57,168 nucleotides of DNA, filler included, from Platydemus manokwari (GCA_037951405.1; 4 parts of 4 records of this genome joined end to end with filler, not necessarily neighbours in it); one strand, 5' to 3'. Counted from the whole stretch's first letter, positions 27,015 through 40,529 are shown. Notes: generated by a model not told the origin, from the sequence alone. Numbers and translations: made by a program.

Positions 27015-27228
27015 TTGTTTAGTTTGACCTTCTTTGACTTGTTTTTCAAATAATTAATTTTTAGGAGATTTTAAAGTTTTAATTTATTTAAAATTTGATT
27101 TCAAACAATTAAAATTCTTGTAAGGTACTTAAATAAAAAATTCGAAATGTATTTAACAGATTTATTTAAATAAACTAAATAGATTTTTGAAACACAATAA
27201 ACAAGTTTAAAATTTATTTTAAAATCTC
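27015..27228 (+). mobile_element. MITE family copy D (3' part only, terminal repeat missing)
   Basis: Matches the 3' interior of the copies at 33496-33882 and 27229-27827 (tttttcaaataattaatttt..tttgatttcaaacaa..tacttaaataaaaaattc). Abuts copy A. Confidence 0.7.
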
Positions 27229-27827
27229 GGCTCAAGTTAAGAAAAGGGGGTTCTTTGACCTACTGTCGAAATAATAAATTTTGGCTCATAAGATAAATTT
27301 ATAACCTAATTTCATATATAATTGCGTCATTTGATTTATTCGTATGATTCAATTAATATCTCACTTTTAATGATGTCTGATATGGTCAAAACATAGTTTT
27401 AAAACCAAGTTCCTATTCTAACCACAACACTTCTATATTATTACTTAAGTTTTTTAATTTAAAATTTTTAATTATAAATCGAGTTAGTTAATTACATATA
27501 TCTTTAATACCATTGGTTATTTTTATAAAATAATTGTAAACATTGAGAATATCTCGACGATTTGCTTCTAATGTTAAGAAAAAGAGTCCTCGCTGATTTT
27601 CAAAAAATTGCAATTCGGCCTATTTATATTACTTTTTCGAATAATCAAATTTTAGGATATTTTGAAGCTCCAGTGTATTTAATATTCGATATAAAACAAC
27701 TAAAATACCTCTTAACTACATAAATTAAAATGTTTTTAAAACATAATTAAATAAACTATATAGATTTAAGCAATACACTCAACAATTTTGAAATTTTATT
27801 TTAGGACTCCTTTTCTTAACTATAGCC
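27229..27827 (+). mobile_element. MITE family copy A (~600 bp)
   Basis: TIRs GGCTCAAGTTAAGAAAAGG ... CCTTTTCTTAACTATAGCC. Collinear along its length with 34579-35187. Confidence 0.85.
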
Positions 27828-28399
27828 ATTAATTCAAAATAGCCACTTAATAAAATACAAACGATAGTAGTAAAAACTTCCAGATTAAACCCTATTTAGC
27901 TTATACAAATTTAAATGAAGAATGTGAAAATAATTCCAAATCAAATGTTGTACAGTTTCAAAATTTACTATATTCAATATTTTGTTTTAATGTAGGTGCT
28001 CAAGATAAAAAATAATAACGTTAATAATAATAATAATTTAGAAATTTCTCCTAATAATGAAAAAGTAATCATTATTTTTCCTCCGAAATACTATATAAAG
28101 GAAACCCAACACATAGAAGATTCGAAACATTGAGCATTTGAACAAGAGAACCAACAAGCGATCGAAAGAATCATTGAACAACGGAACATTGGTACCCATG
28201 CACAAAAGTATATTTATTGACAATTCATCATCCAAGACAGAAGATTCGTCAATTAGCTGGCCAGATTTAATACCGAAACCAATAGAAGGTTTGACAGAAT
28301 TCATCTTTGTTTGTGCAGATATAAACCATAGATCTAATTAAGAGCACCCTAAATTAAAAATCAATATCTATCTATAATCGTTATTTATATCGACAAGAC

Positions 28400-29600
28400 G
28401 CTCATCACCTTAAAATGATTTCAGCGCAATGCAATGAAGGGACTTATAAATCACCACTTTTCAAATATGTGTCACTCGTATCACATTTTTAGCCTAAATA
28501 TATTGCTGTAAAAATATAATTTTATAAAACAACATCAATTGTTCTGTAATAATATTGCTCTGTAATAATATAGCTGGATTTGTTGTTATTTCACAGACAA
28601 AAGTTTAATAAACACTATTCAACGCCGATTGGTTTGTCTCCATACAAGCGCTTGATCATTCGAGGCTAAAATAAATTATTAATTATAAGGTTTTTATTCT
28701 GTCTGGTATTTTGAGCACTCTAAATCTGATATAAGTCTCTATAGTGCTCAACAGACAAAAAGTTACAGACTGGTAATAACAGTTTATTTTATCCATATTT
28801 CATTACCACCATGTCTGTACAATCACTTTAAATCATTTGTATACATTTTAATATCATCGTGATGTCTTTATTGATTAATGTCTTCCTGAGATTGTTTAGT
28901 TTCTATCATTTGATTATAATAAATATTACTATTTTGTTTTGTGTATAAATACTGTTAGAATCCTTTGAAATCAGATTACGATTAAGTTTATAAGTATATA
29001 CTAAAAACATTGGATTAATATCTGATCTCTTTTACACAGTTCGTTAATCGATAAATTTTTGACATATATTGAAGAAATCTCTTGTCCAGGTGTTGAAAAA
29101 CAGATCCACCTCCATACATTCATAATTTAGTATGAAGCAATGGTGAATATATTTCTTCTGTATTTACAAGTGGGAAATGAACTACCTTTATATGTCAAGA
29201 GATATAGATTTTCTTCTTGGCTTGTCGCTCACAACAGAATTTTATAAGAATAAAATGCTGATCAAACAAAAAGGCAATCGCTTATGTGTTATAAGATTTA
29301 TTCAATACAAATTTGTTGGAATATTGGATTGATTGTGACCTGCTTGGGTCTTAAAGCTTTGATTCTAGAAGTCATTTTGCATTTTCATTCAATCATCTCG
29401 GCTTTTCGTTGGGTTGTAATTGTTTGATTATATTTTGTGTTAGATAATGTCTAACAAAACACCGGTCGAGTGAAATTGCCAGATTTTTGCCGAGTGTTCA
29501 ATATTTGAAATTGCACATTCTTTGACTAGGTTTTGGATTTTATTTTTCGGCACGCCAATTTTCGCCAAAATTGCTTCTGTTGAGGCCGGAACTGTACCGA
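28400..29600 (-). mobile_element. CR1/L2-like LINE RT relic
   Basis: Ordered degenerate motifs PGQEI, SDFKGF*, DIKMYTNDLK, VEHYRDL, LE*SS on the minus strand. Confidence 0.4.
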
Positions 29601-29604
29601 GTGA

Positions 29605-29704
29605 NNNNNNNNNNNNNNNNNNNNNNNNNNNNNNNNNNNNNNNNNNNNTTAATTAATTAANNNNNNNNNNNNNNNNNNNNNNNNNNNNNNNNNNNNNNNN
29701 NNNN
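29605..29704. other. Assembly spacer with TTAATTAATTAA linker
   Basis: Seen directly. Confidence 0.97.
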
Positions 29705-29711
29705 ATTATTA

Positions 29712-29772
<61 letters not shown>
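29705..29772. repeat. (ATT)n microsatellite at contig end
   Basis: Near-perfect ATT run starting at the gap edge. Confidence 0.95.
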
Positions 29773-31249
29773 GAAAATAAGTTATCATGGAATTTAATCC
29801 AAAAATATATCACCATATTTATTGAAACAAGATTTTTCAAAATTAATTATTTAAAATAAAAATATTTTCTTTTATCTTTACATTTAACTCATGGACAATT
29901 ATCCTATTATTACTTATAGATAAATATTTAAAACCTTGTGTGATTATAAGCTCTGTCAATTATAGATTGTTTTTAAATTATTGAAAATGCAGATAATCTG
30001 GATACAGTGAGATGTAGTGAATCCTTTTATAAAAAATATTAAAAATTCATATAATTTCGACTCGGTATGTAATTTCATTTTTTATATTGCGTACGAGTCC
30101 AGATTTATCAAAATGTAGTGATTAATATTTACTGCCATAATCAGTGAATAGTTTTAATATTGAAAGTTCGTCCGCAATATTGGAGGAAGGGGTAAAATAT
30201 TCTTTACATAAAGATTAACGGTGTGTTGATAGGATTAAAAGAAAAAATGATGTTTTCAATTAATTATAGCAAAATCTATCATTTCTATCGTTTTTGTCGT
30301 CTTTTTTTACTATAGTAATAACAAGCAATAGTTACCAAGTCATCTTCATAGACTTAAGCACATTATTGATTTGATAACGTCTATAAATACAATACATTTC
30401 ACTTAAGGTATGGCTTAATCTAACGTCATTCAAAGGTCATTGTGAACAATTATTCAATCGATTTTCAAGTATAGTTTCTAAATATTTTTACACTGCTTAC
30501 TCTAAACGAAACAATATATTTATAAATTTCAAGTTGACCTAGAAATACCATGTAATGTAACCAAGGGAATGAATTGAATATTGTTGCTACGATATCAACA
30601 GAATAATAAACAACAAAATTAAACTTCAATTTCACCATTGGTGATATTTGGTAGAAAAAGTAAGAACAATAACAGACTACATTGTTCAGCTTTTCATAGA
30701 AAATTATTTATTTAATCAATAATTGTTTTAATGTTTCTCTCTAGATTCAGTGGTCTTTTATTTGAATAAAAATTAAACAAGCTCAAATACCTTTTAAACG
30801 TGTTAAATTAAAGGATTACTTAAGCACGACAAATTTCTATCCATGAAGCTAAATGAGTCACGAAATATTAATTCTTAAACTTCAGCAATTTTACCAAATG
30901 ATCTTTTCAAAATTCCCCAACAAGTTTCATTGAAGGTTTTGCTGAAAACAAATGCAATATACTTGAATCCAATAATTACTATCATAAACCAATTCAAAAA
31001 CACAATTAATGTTACTCAATGTGTCTGTGTTGCAAATATTGTGATATGATTAATAGTTGGTTGCAACATTTTTCACAACAATCTCCAAGATAATCTGTTA
31101 TAAAAATTGAATTGAACACAATTTTGGAGTAAACTTATTTTAGCTTCGCAGATTTTTGTAATCTACTTTGATATCATTATTCAATATTATTAAGGACACA
31201 CAGATTTCTAAAATATTAGTGACTAGTTTCTTACAATTCTAGTCGCACG

Positions 31250-32450
31250 GTCAGACATGGAGAGTTGAATCCTATGACTTATGAATAAAAACAGAAAGGT
31301 TATCGCAAAAAATACAGGTTTTGCAAAAGCATCTCTTGCCGAGTCTAAATTTTAATATTTTAAACTATAGATCCCTAAAAAAACATTCAAAATTATAATG
31401 CTCTTATACAACAAAACCAGGTAGAGAATCCTTCATAATACTAAATTGTCCAAGTGTTTTGTGATGTAACCTAATCTCAATCAAAATCACCATGACAAGG
31501 CAAGTCAGTGATTGAAAATTTTCTTAGATTCAAATTTGTATGAGATAAAAAGATTAAGAGATTACAAGAAATTTTCATATACATTATCTTTATATTGAAT
31601 GATATCAAAGAAAATTCGTAGTTTTAGAAATTCAAATTCAAATATTTCAGTCTTATTGCACCATTCGACAAGATTGCTAAAATCTTCCCAAGCTTATTTC
31701 ATTTATCCTTCGCTTCGGTAATCCGCGACATCTGTCAAACTCTGTAAATACTAAAACATACGTGTCTAAATCAGCACTGATTGGTTGATCTTTCATACTT
31801 GCAAAATAAAGGCTTCTAATAGATATATCGGCTCAACTTCTTGAGAAACTTAATTCCTGTACATAAATAGTGATTGGGATGGTTTAATTATAGCGAAAAG
31901 TTATCCTACGATCATTTAATATTTTATCAATGTTAGTGACTAATGCTTTATTCTTTCATTGAACAGATCTTGATAAAATAATTTAGTTGCTGAGTTCTAA
32001 TCTTTCTTATTCGACCTGTTCCAATGTGCTCAATGGAGAATAATTCGTTATTTGGAATGTTGTTGACTACTTCGCATTCCAATTAACCTATCAATGCTAT
32101 CATGAAAGGCAGTCCATACATTATATAATAAAAAATAGCAAAAATTACTAGCATTAAGAGAGATTGGTTCAAAGCCTTTTTCGTTTTATGGTTTCAATAA
32201 ACTTCGCAAAAATTGGTCTGAAACAGTACATTTTTTAACTCAGCTAAAAAAGAAATCATTTGACAATGCCAATTTCATTGTCCTATCACAATTATTGTAG
32301 ACATTGTCTGAATTTCATCACCAACGATATTTCACTATCAGAATTATAGATACCATATACAACAAATCGGTTTTCTTTTCCAAACAATGCGATTGTAGGG
32401 TGTCATTGAAATTTTTAACAATTAGAATTGCTTCTCAACTTTTAGATATA
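31250..32450 (-). mobile_element. Degraded LINE (CR1/L2-like) fragment
   Basis: Ordered fragments IIVIG, NLVEWCN and LGYITKHL..RILYLVL, typical of the EN-RT-thumb order; very degenerate. Confidence 0.3.
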
Positions 32451-33495
32451 ACAAAAAATAGTGAGGAATAATTATAGAAAAACTATTTTGATATTTAAAT
32501 GTCGATCGATTATTTTAGTTTTTAAAATATGAAGTTTAAACATATCATATATATATAGAAAAATCGATAGTTTCGAAAATACGATGTTGTGCTGTTTAAA
32601 TCTTAATAGTTTAAAAACTTAATTCCTGACCAAAACTAAAACGCGAATATGAGAATAATGAAACTTGAATGCCGATGTTCAGTAAATAAAAATCCACATC
32701 ACTTGTGAGGATTTCTGAACGATGATAATGATTAATTTTAAAAATCATTATCATCGTTCAGAAATGATTTTTAAAATGATAATGATTTTTAAAATCGAAT
32801 TTAAAAAATTTAAAACCCGATTATATGAATTAATTTGCTAAATAATTGTAGATAAATCTAGTTTGGTGAGGTGAGTTTTCTGTTTTTCTTTCAATGTGTG
32901 ATTTACAAAATAGTAACGCATTACATTACCAACTCAAATGACGACATCCGAAAGATAAATCAGAATCGTTAAAAAATTAACAAATTTGCCTCCAAATATC
33001 CCAGCTAAGTTCGTCAATAATCAGTTTATTTTATGGATCCCGAAATAAGCAAATGAGATATATTTGATTATATTTAATATTTTTGTTTAATCCATCTCAA
33101 ATGTTTAATTGGTGATTTGTTGGTTTCCTATTCTCCAAATAGTATATTGGATTTCTGGTATCTTATCCTACTCTGAGTTCCAAATAACTTTGGAGATTCA
33201 ATAAACAATAACAAGTTTCAAGGTTTAAGGACATGTGAACCTCTATTGTCTATGTGTAGCATTTCAAAACGCTTCTCAAATTATTTCTAAATAATTCGAA
33301 AAATACTGCGATAAATCTATGAATGACTCCAAAAATTCCAATTAAAAGTTATTTTTATTTTCTTTATTTCATTTTCAAAATCAAATTAACGAAAAACACA
33401 TTGTTAAATAGTTTGCCCTTATGATGAATTACAAGTATAATTTTGTTTTAATGAAGAGTTACATTCAAATAATTTTAAAAACGATTTCAATATAC

Positions 33496-33882
33496 GGTTT
33501 GAGTTAAGAAAAAGGGTCCTTTGACCCAATTTTAATTTAATGTACTTTCCTCGATGATTAACAAGTGACTGTTTCATAAAACAACTCTAAAAATCTTAGA
33601 TATCATTCCATTTGCTTTTAATGTAAAACAGGATCCTCGCTAATTTTCAATTTGTTGCTTTTTGACCTATTTTGACCTGTTTTTCAAATAATTAATTTTA
33701 AGTAGATTTTAAGACTCCTGTGTGCATAATATTTGATTTCAAACAACTAAAATTCTTCTCAAATACTTAAATAAAAAATTCAAAATGTTTTTAAAAAATT
33801 TAATTAAATAAACTATATGTAATTTTATAATGCACTCCACAAATTAAAAGTTTAATTTTAGGACCCTTTTTTAACTTTAGCC
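33496..33882 (+). mobile_element. MITE family copy C (shorter variant)
   Basis: TIRs GGTTTGAGTTAAGAAAAAGGGTCC ... GGACCCTTTTTTAACTTTAGCC. Shares the 3' interior with copies A and B but has a shorter, different 5' interior. Confidence 0.8.
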
Positions 33883-34312
33883 CAATTTAGAAATCAAGAA
33901 ATACCAACTAAATTTCGGAGGATGTTTGTAGGGTGGTGTTGTGTATTAATTAAATAAAATATTAAAATAATAAGTAAATCCCATGTTCACATTGTAATCC
34001 GAGATATTGAATTATTAACAGGGTATATATTGGCATTGAATGACTGAAGAAGATGCAATTATTAAGTCTCTTTTGACATTTACCATTTGCACTCATTGTC
34101 AATAGTACTGTTAATTAAATAAGTAAATCGAATTAACCTAATTTATATTTAATATGACAATTATCACACTTATTTGAAGAAAATAATCGATAAAACATTT
34201 GAAAAGTAATCCAAAATCTAAATATGAAGAAACGATAATAATGATGATCAAATGTCAAATGGCATTTCGTATTCTAATGAATGATGGATGGAATATTTTT
34301 GAAAATAAATCA

Positions 34313-37300
34313 TTAAACCGGTTTCAAACCAGTCTCTTTCAACATCAATATCAGACTAACAATAGCCATCAACAAAATGAGTGCCTGCAATGATAATTAT
34401 ATACAATACATGTGATGTATTTATAAATAAATCAAATATAAATAAATGGTTAAATAATTTTTAAGTGTACATAAATTACGATTTAAAAACATTTTTTATA
34501 TTAAAAAATTAATATAAATTAATATACTTAAGCCAAATTCCTTAATGTGAATCAATTTCAATTCACATTAAGGAATTTGGTTTAAGTTGAGGAAAAGAGT
34601 CCTTTGACCTACTTTCGTTATAATGAATTTTCGCTCATGAGATAATTTTATGACTTCATTTTATATATAACTGCTATGTTTGATTTATTCGTATAGTTCA
34701 GTTAATATCTCATTTTTTAAGATGTCTAATACTGACAAAACATAGCTTTAAAACCAAATTACCATTCTAATCACAACACTTCTATATGATTGTTCGAGTT
34801 TTTAAATTTAAATTTTTATAATTATAAATCAAGTTAGTTAACTACATACGCTTTTAATAATATCATTGGTTATTTTATAAAATAATTGTAAAAATTGAGA
34901 ATATCTCTAAATTTGCTTTTAATGTTAAAAAAGGGGGTCCTCGCTAATTTTCAATGAATTGTAATTCGACTTACTTTTTTCATTTTTTCAAATAATCAAA
35001 TTTAAGGAAACTTTTAAGTTCTAGTCTATTTAATATTTGATTTCAAACAACTGAAACTCTTCTTAAGTACTTAAATAAAAAATTCAAAATGTTTGTAAAG
35101 AGTATAATTAAATAAACTATATAGAATTTTTCAATACACTCAACAAATTAAAAATTTCATTTTAGGACCATCTTTTTAACTTTAATCAGAAATTTGATCA
35201 AGAGATTAATTATATTTAAAAAAAATAAGCAGATATATAGACAACATAGAAGACATATAAGCTAGTAAGATATTTTAGCGAATATGGGTACTGAGAATAA
35301 AGAAAATTATATGTAGAATATGTAAAATATAATTAGAATTTCAAGTAGATAATATGGAAAATAAATAAAGAATCTGTTAGCAAGAAATGTGACGAAAAAC
35401 AAATTTTAAAGAAAGGGAATTGTTATTGATTTACAAAGTAGGTTTTACATATCATTTCTAAATTTTTAATGCCGACTTTTAACTTAAAAAAAATGAACTT
35501 CGTGTAGCACTCATATTCCAGGATTATGAAGTTACCAATATATTATTTTATTACATTACAACGCTAAATTTAAAAATAAAATAAGGTATATTACCTGGAA
35601 ACCAATCACTCCTCCAGCAATTTGAAGTATCAACGTGTAATATGGTTTAACGATTTCAGCCAATTTATTAGAACATCCGACATTTTTATTAGGAGAGTTT
35701 GAATATTTAATACAACCTTCAAAATCTTTAATATTATTATTTTCAAATTCGCAACAAGATATTGGATAAGGCAAAGTTCCGTCTAGTGTTATAAAATCAA
35801 ATTTTAAAAAGTATATAAATAATTACAGTGAACAGTAAGAATGAGTTAATTAATGACATTTTTAGAATAAAATTTAATGTCAATAAAATTTGACATTGGT
35901 AAAAGTATTTAACACTACACTTCACTGAAAATATATAACTTTATGCCTAGTAATTCAAATGCGCCAAAAACCCAGATCATTAGAATACACGCGTTTTCAT
36001 CGAATATAATATAGTAGTTTGCAATTTTTATTTTGATACGGTTAGTGCCATTTTGGTAAAGTTTTAAAGCTCATACAAATGCTTAGGTTTCAAAATTTTT
36101 TATTTTAGATATGACTATTTTCGACTCATTGGAAGCTTCATGCTTTTAAACCAACAAGGAAATTCGATTGAATTAATTAATTAAATAAAAGTTATTTAAA
36201 TGGGAAATTTTTAATTTTGGTATTATTTTAAAATTAAAAACCATTCTGATCATCAAAATTAAGTGGCGTTACTAATTAAATTAATTTTTTAAACGATAAA
36301 TTTTTAAATTATAATTTATTACTTATTTGAAATTTATTTTGGAAGTTATCTACAATGGTTTTAAAATCCTTCCAATGATATCATTACAAATTTATTATAC
36401 AATTTCTTTAATAATATAGAATTTTTGGAAACTTTCGAAAGATATTTTCATCATGGTATTTGGAACACAAGTTATACAGGAAATTATTTTTAAACTTTTA
36501 AATTTAATCTTCTTTCATAATTCCATAATTGTGATATTTCAAGTTTTTGATCATTATAAAATTGTGTGACGGATAAAAAATTGTAATATAATTTACTTTT
36601 ATTCATGTTTCATAATAATTTAAACTTTTATCTCCTGTAAACCAAACAAAATCAATCAATTCATGAATTTGTAGTGAACATTTATGTAAAAAATTTTGAA
36701 AAATTTTCCTTTGTAGTGACTTTTATCAAATCTTTAGCAGCTTGAAATTAACAGGCAGATAATTACCACCTCGATAACTTATAAGCAATTTAAACAAATA
36801 GATTTACATTTTTTTACTTTGAAAATATTTATTTAATGACCATTTTGAAATTAAAGCAAACTACGGCCTTAAATAGTTACAAAAATTTAGCTCTTTTTAA
36901 GAAAAATCATTTTAATCATTCTAATCATTCTAATTCAAAATTACACCGTTTGTTTTTTAATATTAAAACAAATCTTATTTTTTATCTAACTAATGCAAAT
37001 CTAAAAAAATGTGAGTGAATTTAAATTTTAAAGAACAGCTTAATTAGAAATTTTTAATTTATATTAATTTAAAAAGAAAATTTTAAATAATATTACCATA
37101 TCGATATGTTTTTCCATTGTAAGTATGATCTCCAGAAAATGTACGGTTGAATTTAGTAGTTGAATTGAAGTCTTGATAGCTATCAGCTCCACAACATTTA
37201 AACTTGTAACACATTAAAAATATAATCAAATTGTAATCATTTTTCTTACCATAATATTGATAAGATTGATAAGAATACTTTCGATATTCATATTCATAAA

Positions 37301-37480
37301 TCCCTCGTAATTTGAAATTAAAGATTTCAGGACATCGTTTATAGCGTTTGGAAACTATAAAAATTATGGATTACTAAAATTGACTTGATTAATTATAGTG
37401 GTCACTTTTTTCGGGTCTGCAGCAAATATGATGATAACGATGACTTGGATTAACACAATCAATGACAAAATCGTTATATA
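34313..37480 (-). CDS. Tetraspanin, 3' portion (TM3, large extracellular loop, TM4); 5' exons not found
   Basis: Exons 37480-37406, 37354-37250, 37202-37097, 35782-35595 and 34384-34313 join in phase with GT-AG borders: YITILSLIVLIQVIVIIIFA..FKCCGADSYQDF..YPISCC..GC..GCSNKL..IAGGVIGFQALILLMAIVSLILM..KPV*. CCG and PxSCC signatures are present. Confidence 0.88.
34579..35187 (+). mobile_element. MITE family copy B, in the last tetraspanin intron
   Basis: Collinear with copy A. Degenerate TIRs GGTTTAAGTTGAGGAAAAG ... CTTTTTAACTTTAATC. Confidence 0.85.
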
Positions 37481-39751
37481 CTGAAATAAAATTGAAATGA
37501 ATTTTTTCATATAAATTATTATAAAAATGGATCAGATATATGTAACTAATAAGAGGACATGAATCAATTTATTTTGAACGAGTTTAAATAATATTTTTAT
37601 ATATTTAATTATCATTTATACTCGCATTTATTTGGTATTCTTATTATTTTTCTTTCGTTACATTACATCTTGAAGATTTCTATTTCATAATATATTACAA
37701 ATGTATTTTTAAAATTAATTTATATAATAATATTATAATTTTATAATTTTCAAAACATTAGACGGTTCATTAAATCTGCATTTAGACCAAAACTTTGATA
37801 TGCAAATCTTCATCTAAAAACCCAAATACCGGAATATATAGATTCTCTATTTTATAATTAACAGGAAGAAATGAATCACTTATTAAACAATACTAAAAAG
37901 AAAGATACAGAGAGATATAAGTGAAGATATGATCAAATATACGACAATGAGAAATGCATATGAAAAAATAATAATTTCAAAGACAGTGTGAAATCTCAAA
38001 GCTTTATTTGAAAGAGAAAGAGAAAAAAAATTAGAGTTCAAGTAATTGAATGAAGTAAAATATTTGATATTTTTAAGTAGTATATAATTATTTTATTATA
38101 ATTTTATTCGAAAAGAATTTTTATTTCTAAGGACTGTATTTATATTTTAGAATTTTTCTAATTCCATTCTTTTTTATTTTAGAATTAAGTTTTGTAATAG
38201 ATATTTTATAAAATTTTGCATTTTCTTTCACGTAAATAAACTTAAATAAATTATCAATTTCTGTAGATGTCAGGGAAGAATGCACGACAAATCACAACAC
38301 GATTTTAAACAAAAGAAAAAATGTAGGCGGTAAACTAGTTGAATTTGTTCAATCAAACACAAGGACGAGTTTTCGATTAGGAGTTGGCAAAGATGAGCAA
38401 TGTAGTGTGTGAGTTCGAAAGCAAAGATTGAATACAATCAGAGGCTTATTGAATATTTGATCTCCATATCGATCGTTAGCACAAGGTTAAATAATTGGAC
38501 TTCAACTATCTCACTTTATTTTCTTTTATCATTTTTTTTAATTAATTTCCCATGTCTTTGTGCTGCACTTGATGTAGCATTTGTTCGCATTTCTTCATTC
38601 AAATAGATATAAATTATTAATTGCAGTATCATGTTCCGACAAACATGATGATGTAATATCTAAGAATTTAATTATAAAATAGCATATTATTTTCCATGGT
38701 AATAATTCTCAAAAAATTAATAATTTCTGTTCCAGAATATTTTTAAACCCCACAAAGTCTCAAAGTTTTTATTTATATAATACAAAAATATGGTAGACGA
38801 GAGTGGTGTCTGTAAAAGATTAAAATTAAAATGTAAGCCTTGTAAGACTTTAATTGAAAAGATTTGTATGCGAAAAAACCCAATAAAAAAAATTTGTCTC
38901 ACGTTCAGTTTATAAAATAAACCAAGTTAACAATTGTGTCTAAAAATTGTAGTCAATTTATAACCCTGTCGATCCATGTAATAGTTGACAGTTTGAACAA
39001 TGTATTTAGTGAATTTAATTTGTGAAGATTTTATAAAATCGTTTTTAATTAATATAAATAGTAAAGCGAAAACTAATAAATTTAAATTTTCGTTTTCTAG
39101 TAAGCTTTCTTTTAACTCGTAAATCTCACAAACCGTAAATATCTTTAGATTTTTTAAAATAAAAATAATCAATGAGATTCATTGTAACTATTATTTCTTA
39201 AATAAAAAGTCATTTATATCTCAATTATTCAAAACTTATCATCCATACTACTTTATCAAAAATAGTACAACTTTTAGCAATTTATGAGTTGTTATCCTCA
39301 CATAATATCTGTTTCAACAAACTATATTCTATTACAATCTATAACTCTAGTGCGAATTCATTTATTTTTTATCCAAACAACCTGAACGGAAATATCTACA
39401 AAAAGCATCCGATTTGTCAAAAAACGTCTATTTCACAAATTTTTTTAAATCAATAAATAGATATTATTTGGTGTCCAAGATAGATCTTGGAATTAGCAAA
39501 ATTATTTTCACATAAGCTGTCCCAATGATTTTAAATAACGGTTATTTAGAATGTTGTAGTTTAGAAATTGAAAACTATTTGTTACTGATAACATCACATA
39601 GTATTGCGATACATATATATTGAAATCCGAACATATTTGTAGATACTTTTGAATAAATAAATATTAATATCACTTTAATCTTACAAGTTAACTGTGTTTC
39701 CAATTTATAAATAATTTACCGATACAATTACGATTAAAACAATATTGTCTA

Positions 39752-39851
39752 NNNNNNNNNNNNNNNNNNNNNNNNNNNNNNNNNNNNNNNNNNNNTTAAT
39801 TAATTAANNNNNNNNNNNNNNNNNNNNNNNNNNNNNNNNNNNNNNNNNNNN
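39752..39851. other. Assembly spacer with TTAATTAATTAA linker
   Basis: Seen directly. Confidence 0.97.
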
Positions 39852-40130
39852 GCTCACCCTTTATAGATTTTGTCTGTAAAATATTTGGAGAAAATCATCG
39901 ATCAAGCGGCTTAACGATACAAGTTTCAAATCAAACGCATTTTACTAAATCGACAGTAAATAAGCTAATATTAATAGATCACAATTATTTATACGGTCCT
40001 AGAAAGATACAAATCTGTGGAGAAAACTCCAGACTCTTGAAAATAATATAATATTATTACATTCCCAATAACTCACATTGTACAAATCTGTATTGATTTT
40101 TCTAAAATATCAGATAGTAATTAATCTACT
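39852..40130 (+). mobile_element. LINE RT fragment
   Basis: VCKI(L)EKII (with a frameshift) and ICIDFSKISDS (cf. LDFSKAFDSV). Confidence 0.4.
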
Positions 40131-40529
40131 CCCAGTGATATCAATATGAGAAATTGTTCGACTGACGTCAAAAAATCAATAACTGATGAAAACAGATCGT
40201 TTTCAACCCTTGAGAATTATTTAATAAGCAAGAAAATTTGTTTTACTGCTTTGAAAAATCGATATTTCCCTGATTAATTGAATCATATCATTCATATTAA
40301 CGGAAAATCCTCTCTTTCAAACTCTTTCAGTCCAAAAACGTAATAAAATTTATAATGAACGATTTTCCTCTCAACAAAATCCATTTTCAGTTCACTCTAT
40401 TCAGTCTGACAAAACCCAAAACATCTCAACAGCACCAGAAGAAGCTCAGCCATTTCTGTTTATAATAATTTGTTGACTCATTATTTTGTTTTTCCTTTCA
40501 AAACAAGAGAAAAATCAAAAATTTCAGCT

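Noticed and set aside
37756-37790. TTAGACGGT core reminiscent of a planarian spliced-leader sequence
   Set aside because: Only about 9 nt match from memory; no terminal ATG|GT or Sm site follows.
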